NCBI GenBank assembly: GCA_964016885.1
Contig: OZ024756.1
Span: 38,812,001 to 38,876,000, forward strand
DNA: 64,000 nt
Origin: Eledone cirrhosa
Taxonomy: Eukaryota
Direction of reading: 5' to 3'
Below the pieces are notes generated by a model. The model was not told the origin of the DNA, ran no database searches, and saw only the letters and a program-made list of their open reading frames with translations. Of this stretch, positions 54,687 through 64,000 are shown one piece after another. Positions within the stretch are counted from its first letter, which is position 1. Each line of letters opens with the position of its first letter. The position numbers were made by a program, and so were the translations under genes.

Positions 54687-55645
54687 TTATATACACGTGT
54701 ATATACAGTTATATACAGATGTGTGTGCACGTACAATAGTTTAGCAGAATACCATATGAACATTTTGCTAGAGTTATTCTATACTTTGAAGAGAAATCCA
54801 AACCAAAAGATTACCAAATTCAATTAGCTCCGTCTTGTTTAACGAAACTCTACAGAATCTTTTGAGAGGTGGTGTAAAGTCATAAAGAATCTGCATATCC
54901 TGCTACAGTGTATGTTCGTCTGTTTCCTTTCAATGGTGTTGGATTGTCTACAATTTACATATTGTAGTTGATATGTTGCTAATTCAATGCTATCTGACAG
55001 AAACTGGAATCGAGGAATCTTTTTACGTAAAGTTTTGCTGCTGCCAAACATATACAGATCTGGCTTAACAACACTGATGATGGAAAGTACACTGCAAACG
55101 TATTTTAGTACTAAGGATGATTGAAGGATCATTTTATTCCAGTGCCATCTGCTGTCGGTATTAGTCTAACAGATACCTTTTCATTTCGCGTGAAAAACAA
55201 CAACAAAAACATGTAAAAAAAAAACAAACGAAGAAGCGAAACAAATATACAAAAGAATAAATTCAGTAAATGGCTTTCACTAAAGAAGGTACATCCCTTC
55301 CTTTCCAAAGATAACATTTAGTATTTGTTGTCTTTCAGTGTTGGAACATCATCTTAGTAATAATAATAATAATGATTTCATTTATTAGCCACAAGGGCCG
55401 ACATGTAGGGGACAATACAAAGACAGCGACAGTGGGGGTTTACAATAAGGTCGAGTAAAAGTGCACAATGGCAAGACTAATTTAACAATGAAGATATAAA
55501 AATGATATAAAATAAACTATGCATAAATATAACAAAATAAATTCCCCTATGGGGGGGGGGGGGGGGGCGACCCAGGGGTGACTCAGGTACCCCCACCAAT
55601 CCTGAACCACCCAGCGCTTCTAGAGCACCCGGGGAAATAATAATA

Positions 55646-55970
55646 ATGGTTTCTTATATTGGCACAATGCCAGCAATTTTGTGTGTGTGTGTGGGGGGGG
55701 GGGGGGTCGATTAAATCGACCCAGTGCATTACTGGTACTTTATTTTATCGACCCCGTAAGGATGAAAGGCAAAGCTAACCTCGTCGGGATTTGAACACAG
55801 AACGTAAGGGTCGTAACTCGATGCTACAAAGCATATTATCCGTCACTCAACCGATACTGCCAATCCACGCCCTAAACATAATAATAATGGTTTCTGATTT
55901 AGGCACAAGGCCAGCAATTTTGGAGAAGGGGAAAGTCGATTAAATCGACCCCAGTACGTGACTGGTATTT
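55646..55970 (-). mobile_element. Full-length SINE plus a second SINE tail
   Basis: Family homology. Confidence 0.85.
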
Positions 55971-56486
55971 TTGATGATGATGGACATGATAAGTGTAAGA
56001 CAGAATGGTGTATTCCCAATGACGGGTCACTGGTTTTATTATTTATGGAGGAGGAGTTATATTTTATTTCGCTTCAATTTGATAAATTAATCATTTGCCA
56101 AGATTATCAGTTTACTAATAATATTCATTTTGTTTTTTTCTTCATTTATTGATCTCAGAACTATGTTGGCACTAAACTAATCAATATAGCAAACTTCACA
56201 GAAATATTGATCTCAGTTTTGTGGGAAAATTAAAATATTCATGCTCCCTATATTATATTTATCCATACCCTAAGCGGCAGTATGTATCCATTCCCTAAGC
56301 GGCACTATGTATTGTGCTTAAAAAAACAAAAAAACAAAAACGGAATTTAGAGCGTGTGAGGATAGTAAAATGAGAAACAGTAAAAGTACAATTTGAGTAG
56401 AAACATCAGCTGGAATTTCCTGTTAAGAATTAGCTAAGCAATTGTGTATGTAAAGATTTCGGGGAATAAATGATCTTGTCTTACAG

Positions 56487-56600
56487 TGATAAGAATTGAA
56501 ACAACAGACGACTATCTGATCCTGATCTGTGGAGACGGATCAAATCTGCTGCTTATAACTTCCATCTGCTGCATTTTAACGTTTCCGAATTGTATTTCAG
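56487..56600 (+). CDS. Candidate upstream exon (hydrophobic, signal-peptide-like end) of the CUB-domain gene
   Basis: Acceptor tcttgtcttacag, donor CAG|GTTTAT (weak); 114 nt, phase 1/1, open; encodes ..GDGSNLLLITSICCILTFPNCIS; phase-compatible with the 60362 exon. Confidence 0.35.
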
Positions 56601-56822
56601 GTTTATTTGACCCTCTTAAAACCTCCCCCCCAAAAAGTCCCCAGCAGTTTGACGATCAATTTAGAGTGACATCGTATGAGGAAGTGGGGGGTGATTTCCG
56701 GAGAGAAATTCACTTCCACTATACCAATAGTAGCAGTCATGAAATAGGGTATTGTATTTTTCAATCTTAGTGAGGGGTCGTTTTATCTCACAGTTAAGGG
56801 TGGATCGACCACTAGTGGGGAA

Positions 56823-56853
<31 letters not shown>

Positions 56854-57154
56854 TGTATGTATGTATGTATGTATGTATGTATGTATGTATGTTATCTCTT
56901 TCTCTTAATTTCGAGTATTTTTTTTTTGATCGGCCACCTTCCTGGTGGCAAGGTTGTAAAAGAAAAGAAATTTTCATCCCTTGAATCGCAAGAATATTTT
57001 GCAAATTTTGAACGTGCCAGCTATCGCAGCCATGTATGTATGTATGTATGTATGTATGTATGTATGTATGTATGTATGTATGTATGTATGTATGTATGTA
57101 TGTATGTATGTATACATACATATATATAGAAGTAGTTCCACAACAGTTCACCAT

Positions 57155-57197
57155 ACCGGGAACAAATGTTTCACCTTATTCGGATCCTCAGCTCGGT
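57155..57197 (-). ncRNA. Minimal hammerhead ribozyme (family D, intact core)
   Basis: Reverse complement: ACCGAG-CTGAGGA-TCC-gaataa-GGT-GAAA-CATTTG-TT-CCCGGT. The consensus of copies gives stem I ACCGAG/CTCGGT and stem III palindrome ACAATTGT. Confidence 0.75.
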
Positions 57198-57254
57198 CTA
57201 AATGAAGTTGTACGGAGTAGGGTTGCTTTTCCTTTTCCGAACAACTTCATTTAG

Positions 57255-57297
57255 ACCGAGATGAGGATCCGAATAAGGTGAAACAATTGTTCTCAGT
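57255..57297 (+). ncRNA. Hammerhead motif (family D, plus arm; C3 changed to A)
   Basis: ACCGAG-ATGAGGA-TCC-gaataa-GGT-GAAA-CAATTG-TT-CTCAGT. Confidence 0.6.
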
Positions 57298-57776
57298 ATG
57301 GTGAACTAACTGCTGTGGAACTACTTCTACCAAACTCGTCCCATGGACTGAGTGCTCTACTACTACGGATATAACCCTCCAGTGTTCTATTGTTATATAT
57401 AATTATATATATATATATACCACAAACCCTCCATCTCAATTCTACTTTTGAAAAGCATAAGAACTGTGAAACCGGTAAAGGAAACAAATAAATATTCTTA
57501 AAAAGACTCCAGTTGCATTTTCGATTTCACCTTTTTTCCTTATACTTTCACTTGTGTAGGACATCTCGTTTTTTTTTTATTAAAAAAAAAACATGTGACT
57601 AATTTTTCAATTTAGATTTTGATTTATTTCTATGTAGTTCAATAACTGAGACAGCAGGATAAACCGATCACTAAAGCATGATATGAGAGATCGATACTAC
57701 AAGAATGGTATGGCATTTCCCCTCCCCCAAAATTGTTGGCTTTGTGCCTATAGTAGAAACCATTATTAGTCACCCT

Positions 57777-57988
57777 GGGGTGGTGGATTGGCAGTATCGG
57801 TAGAGAGTCGGACGCTTTGCTTTGCCTTTTACGATCTGAGTTCAAATCACGCCGAGGTTAACTTTGCCTTTCATCCTTACGGGGTCGATAAAATAAAGTA
57901 CCAGTAAAATAAAGTACTGGGGTCGATTTAATCGACTTTCCCCTCCTCCCAAATTGTTGGTCTTGTGCCTATATTAGAAACCATCATT
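57777..57988 (+). mobile_element. tRNA-derived SINE (major family)
   Basis: Family head, body and tail; a tail fragment precedes it (57718-57775). Confidence 0.85.
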
Positions 57989-58025
57989 AGTCACGCTGTA
58001 TTCAATATATCAGAAAATATTTAGT

Positions 58026-58398
58026 ATTTATTATATACCCAAATATATTATTTAGGTATTTTATATACCCAAATATATTATTTAGGTATTTTATATAACC
58101 AAATATATTATTTAGGTATTTTATATACCCAAATATATTATTTAGGTATTTTATATACCCAAATATATTATTTAGGTATTTTATATAACCAAATATATTA
58201 TTTAGGTATTTTATATACCCAAATATATTATTTAGGTATTTTATATACCCAAATATATTATTTAGGTATTTTATATACCCAAATATATTATTTAGGTATT
58301 TTATATACCCAAATATATTATTTAGGTATTTTATATACCCAAATATATTATTTAGGTATTTTATATACCCAAATATATTATTTAGGTATTTTATATAC
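58026..58398. repeat. 30-bp minisatellite, ~12 copies
   Basis: Unit tttaggtattttatatacccaaatatatta. Confidence 0.95.
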
Positions 58399-58590
58399 CC
58401 AAATATATTATTTAGGTAAATGTTTCTTCCAGTGACTCTCTTCTACATATACAACTAAAGCTGTACTAAATTTAACTTATATAAATCATATTCAACCATC
58501 AATATAAGGAAGGAAAGGAAACACTATGGCTATGGGGCTTTTACTATTTTTTGATTTAATTAACTCGTACAAATATTATTTCAGAACATG

Positions 58591-58677
<87 letters not shown>

Positions 58678-59387
58678 GCAAGAGGCGGCTGTTGTTGGCA
58701 GGGAGAATTTTATACAAGAGAATACAAGAATACAGGAATACAGGAGAATATATACAAGAGGGGCCTGTTGTTGGTAGGGAGAATTTTATGGTAAACAAAC
58801 CCGTAGGGCATCATATAACTTTAGTTCAGTGACGGTATTGATAGAGTTAAACGAGCAAACGGAATTATATCACATATCTCATGGACAGACAAACTAGTGT
58901 TTTCAAGCTTACTCACAATATCTGTAGACATGAAAGTAAACCCTAAAAGCTAAATTACTAATCTCTTTTGCTTCTTACAGGCAATATGTCATATTACTAG
59001 CATGGATTGACTAATGCGTCAAAATACGTCAAAATGTGTCGAAATCAACTTGACAGTCACTTCCTTTTAACCTTCAGCAATGAATAATTTAGTAATGAAT
59101 AAAATAAAAACAGATGTCTACCTGGGGAGATTATGATGGTCGGCCCTAACCATGTATCTGCCATTGCATAGAATAGGCCATACGGTTCTCCTAAATTATC
59201 AATCTCCTTCCCTCTCTTTATCCTCAACATCAACATCATCATCATCATCATCATCATCAGCAGGAGATCTAACACTACTAACGTGTGTCTATGTATGTAT
59301 GTATGTATGTATGTATGTATGTATGTATGTATGTATGTATGTAGATATGTAGGTATGTGTATGTATGTGTGTGTGTGGATGTGTGTG

Positions 59388-60186
<799 letters not shown>

Positions 60187-60190
60187 TAGT

Positions 60191-60256
60191 AATAATAACT
60201 ATTTCTACTTTAGGCACAAGGCCAGCAATTACCCAGTGCATTACTGGTACTTTATT
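60191..60256 (-). mobile_element. SINE 3' fragment
   Basis: Reverse complement aataaagtaccagtaatgcactgggtaattgctggccttgtgcc. Confidence 0.8.
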
Positions 60257-60361
60257 AACGCTTTCTTTATTAACCTATCTAAGTATGGAAATAAATATAG
60301 ATAAACAAATTATATTTGTTTATCTATAATATTTCATCTCTTTAACAATCTCTACTTGCAG

Positions 60362-60532
60362 TTGACCATGATACAATGCCAGTAGTCTTTAAACCGCCGC
60401 CATTATCGTCAGATTTTATATCACCAACTTGTTGGAATTTCTCCCATGGTAACCGCAACGATATGGAGTTTTACAGCCCAAATTATCCAAAGAACTATTC
60501 TGCTAAAGCTGACTGTATTCAGTATTTAGAAG
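60362..60532 (+). CDS. Internal coding exon: N-terminal part of a CUB domain, Neto (neuropilin and tolloid-like)-type extracellular protein
   Basis: Pyrimidine-rich acceptor tctctacttgcag, consensus donor AG|GTAAGT, 171 nt, phase 1/1. Encodes (x)DHDTMPVVFKPPPLSSDFISPTCWNFSHGNRNDMEFYSPNYPKNYSAKADCIQYLE, with the CUB signature C..G....F.SPNYP..Y....C...L. The family assignment is from memory of invertebrate Neto proteins. Confidence 0.85.
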
Positions 60533-60587
60533 GTAAGTTGTTATTTGTTATTGCATGGTCCAGAAACTGGTGTCACCTACATCACAA

Positions 60588-60972
60588 GTGGATTGGCAGT
60601 AATCGATAGAGCGTCGGAAAACATGCTTTATGGCATAGAGTTACGCCCCTTTACGATCTGAGTTCAAATCCCACCGAGGTTATCTTTGCCTTTTATCCTT
60701 ACGGGGTCGATAAAATAAAGTACCAGTAATGAACTGATATCAATTGCTGGCCTTGTGCCAAAAGTAAAAACAATTATTATGATTAGGGCGGTGGATTGGC
60801 AGAACCAGTAGAGTGTCGGACAATATGCTTTGCAGCATTGAGTTACGGCCCTTTGCGTTCTGTGTTCAATCCCGACGAGGTTAGGTTTGCCTTTCATCTT
60901 TACGTGGTCTATAAAATAAAGTACCAGTAATGCACTAGGGTCGACTTTCCCCTCCCCCCAAAATTGGTGGCC
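60588..60972 (+). mobile_element. Two tandem SINE copies (60588-60778, 60786-60972)
   Basis: Family homology; A-box and B-box in each. Confidence 0.85.
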
Positions 60973-61288
60973 AATATTTATCTTATCTTATCCATTGCTC
61001 TTAGGCGAGACATCAAGCACAACTTCACGCCAACAGTTTCTGTTTCCCACCAAAGCCTGTAGCTCACTCATGTCAATTCGAGTGTCTCTTGCTGTGGTAT
61101 CCTAATATCCTGCAATCTAGGGTTTCTGGTAGTGGAGGTCTCCCATAACAAAAGATCTTAAACCATCTTATCTTTTGCTCGGAAGCAGTGACCAGCAAAC
61201 CTTGTACGACGTCCAATTAGTCGTGTACAATTTTACAATATTTAATCCGTACAAGAAAATAAACTAGTGGACTGATTTTCTTCGGGAT

Positions 61289-61389
<101 letters not shown>

Positions 61390-61999
61390 TTTTGTAATTC
61401 CTTTTAAAGGATAGGAATGGAAAAGAGAAGATAAGAGCAATTGTCTTGTAGAATATTTAATACTTGAGTTTGTAGAGGAAAATATATCAGTGATTTTCCT
61501 CGGGGAGGAAGAAATATTTTTGTAATTCCTTTTAAAGGAGGAAGGTAAGAGCAATTTTCGTTTTGGATTGCAGGGAGTAGGAAATTGTGATAAAGGGTGC
61601 GCTGAAGTGACCAAGAATAAGGGTGGAAGATGTGGATGAAAGGGAATCCAGCTTAAAAGAGGATGGGTACAAGAAGCTTTTACAGCCACGTACACTTCCT
61701 TGCGCTTTACTTTCGTTGCTACATTATTCCACATAATTTCAGTCTCCGTTCCCATTCTTCCGTCTCCTCATCAGACTTTGTCACTCCCCCAATTCACAAG
61801 GGTCAACACATTCTCATGACCCCACTCCCTCCCTGGTGATATATATTCTCTCCATGTGTTCCATATGAAATAATAGTCAGGACCATATTGTTCAACATTC
61901 TTAGCGCCTCTTTTTTTATTTTCTTTCTGCGACACACACGTACATACATACATGCATAGCGAAACGCACACATACAAGCATATACGTAAACATACACTC

Positions 62000-62046
<47 letters not shown>

Positions 62047-62055
62047 TATATATAA

Positions 62056-62208
62056 ATTTATCCCAGGTTCAATCGGGGGTAACCACAGTAAGTTAGGTAC
62101 CCAATATAAAGCAGAGTATACATATTCAATCTAGAAAAGGCTTCTACAGGACTAGAACTGTTTCATTCCGGAGAAATCATCAGGAAGTCCTGGGCTTCTA
62201 TATTTAAT
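62056..62208 (-). mobile_element. Family C copy 3 (not folded back)
   Basis: Homology to the copies at 25178 and 52038. Confidence 0.7.
62147..62192 (-). ncRNA. Hammerhead-like motif (family C)
   Basis: Reverse complement: CAGGACTtc-CTGATGA-TTTC-tccg-GAAT-GAAA-CAG-TT-ctAGTCCTG; two mismatches at the base of stem I. Confidence 0.55.
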
Positions 62209-62379
62209 ATATATATATATATAGAGAGAGAGAGGGGGTAGAACACTGGAAGGTAATATCCGTAGTGGTAGAGCACTCAGTCCATGGGACGAGTTTGGTA
62301 GAAGTGGTCACACAACAGTTAGTTCACCATTCTCGGTATGGTGAATTAACTGTTGTGTTACTACTTCTATATATATATA

Positions 62380-62597
62380 CGATCGACTTTCGTCAAATCG
62401 GACCGAGGGAACAATGTTTCCGTTGGTCTTTCCAATTGCTAATACTATCTATCGGTCGCAACTCCAGGTAGAAGGAGCAACGTGAAATAAAGTGTCTTGC
62501 TCAAGGACATAACGCATCACCCGGTCCAGGAATCGAACTCACAACCTTACGATTGCGAATCCAACCAATTCTCTAACCACTCCGCCACACGCCTTCA
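62380..62597 (-). mobile_element. Second tRNA-derived SINE family, full length
   Basis: Reverse complement GGCGTGTGGCGGAGTGGTTAGA (A-box)...GAGTTCGATTCC (B-box)...gtccttgagcaagacact core. Confidence 0.8.
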
Positions 62598-62603
62598 CAA
62601 ATA

Positions 62604-62692
<89 letters not shown>

Positions 62693-62697
<5 letters not shown>

Positions 62698-62750
62698 GTG
62701 GTAAGGAGCCAGATGGAGTATGACCCGTCGGGGTCATACTTGTTCCTATA
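62693..62750. mobile_element. Internally deleted family-B foldback
   Basis: gaaatgtggtaagga.cca..tgga joined to agtatgaccc-gtcg-gggtcatact. Confidence 0.65.
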
Positions 62751-63409
62751 ATATATATATACTGTATATATATATATATATATATATACTGTATATATAT
62801 ATATATATATACACTGTATATATATGTGTGTGTGTGTGTATGTAAAAGGTAAACTGAAATAACAACACAATTGGTACAGTATATGGAAGGGATATATTAG
62901 GTTAACGCTAGTGTGTACGTACGTGAGTGTACCTGTATAGAGATCCAGTTATAGCTCCTACAGTATATAACCAGTACCATTCTCTTTACCAAACTGTAAA
63001 TCACAGTTGTAGATCCCCTCACCTCAACTTTCCATGTTTATCTCTTAAACATTCAACTATTTTAATTGTTTTTGCAACTCATATATCTTGGAGGATGTTT
63101 CTAGATTCGGTTTCCTTCTCCATTCACTCTGAATATGTAAAATGTCATGTATGTATACTGTTATGTATGTATGTATGTATGTATGTATGTATGTATGTAT
63201 GTATGTATGTATGTATGTATGTATGTATGTATGTATGTATGTGTATGTGTGTGTATGTATGTATGTATGTATGTATGTATGTATGTATGTATGTGTGTGT
63301 ATGTATATATCATGTATTTATACATACGTGTGTACAACAATTATCTAGCTATATACATATATACAAACATAAATTATTGTGTACGTGCTTCCACACACAC
63401 ACACATATA

Positions 63410-63461
<52 letters not shown>

Positions 63462-63618
63462 CATGTATATATATATATACACGCATATATATATATACAC
63501 ATATATATATATACACACACATATATATATATATAAACATATGTATATATATATCTGTGTGTGTGTGTATTCACATGTTTGTATGTATACTTATATATAC
63601 ATACACATACACACACAC

Positions 63619-63666
<48 letters not shown>

Positions 63667-63740
63667 GAGTATGTATATAACCATTTCCTAAGCAATGAAA
63701 CAACAACTCAAACAATACCAAACATACGTAGAAGATGTTC

Positions 63741-64000
63741 TACCATATACCATACATATACCATACATATACCATACATATACCATACATATATCATACA
63801 TATATCATACATATACCATACATATATCATACATATACCATACATATACCATACATATACCATACATATACCATACATATATCATACATATATCATACAT
63901 ATACCATACATATATCATACATATACCATACATATATCTTACGTATACCATACATATACCATACATATATCTTACGTATACCATACATATATCATACATA
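63741..64000. repeat. ~13-bp minisatellite (taccatacatata)
   Basis: Direct inspection; runs off the window end. Confidence 0.95.

Larger units (their letters stand above)
57127..57395 (+). mobile_element. PLE-like foldback element, family D (second copy 62238-62369)
   Basis: Arms ~57127-57211/57241-57329; HHR in each arm; tail hairpin 57334-57356; TA flanks. Confidence 0.8.

Noticed and set aside
58960-59040. Strong-looking splice acceptor (tcttttgcttcttacag)
   Set aside because: The phase-1 frame stops within seven codons; no good donor nearby.
62520-62597. tRNA genes at SINE heads (also 16943-17010, 33891-33970)
   Set aside because: A and B boxes are present, but there is no acceptor or anticodon stem; these are tRNA-derived repeats.

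Overview
AT-rich, microsatellite-saturated eukaryotic DNA. The tRNA-derived SINE families and overall repeat content suggest an octopod cephalopod (inference). It is almost entirely intronic or intergenic. The only well-supported host-gene piece is a 171-nt phase-1/phase-1 exon at 60362-60532 (+) encoding the start of a CUB domain, most like Neto (neuropilin-tolloid-like) proteins; a weaker candidate exon lies at 56487-56600. Nearly all ORFs in the supplied track are microsatellite artefacts. Ordinary repeats include many SINE copies, RTE- and CRE-clade LINE fragments, several MITEs, a Helitron-like end and minisatellites. The main signal is a set of about nine sequence-distinct short elements inserted in (TA)n tracts. 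Most are foldbacks, and they carry type-I hammerhead ribozyme (HHR) folds that can be built by hand: CUGANGA...GAAA...UH with paired stems I-III. This fits Penelope-like element (PLE) 3' ends/pseudo-LTRs. Seven of these families plus two orphan tails share a covarying bulged hairpin, ACTC-helix-(1-2-nt bulge)-GAGTRC, mostly about 40-60 nt from the 3' end. Foldback turn points often fall in ribozyme stem II or at the predicted cleavage triplet. All structures were derived by eye; none was computed or searched.
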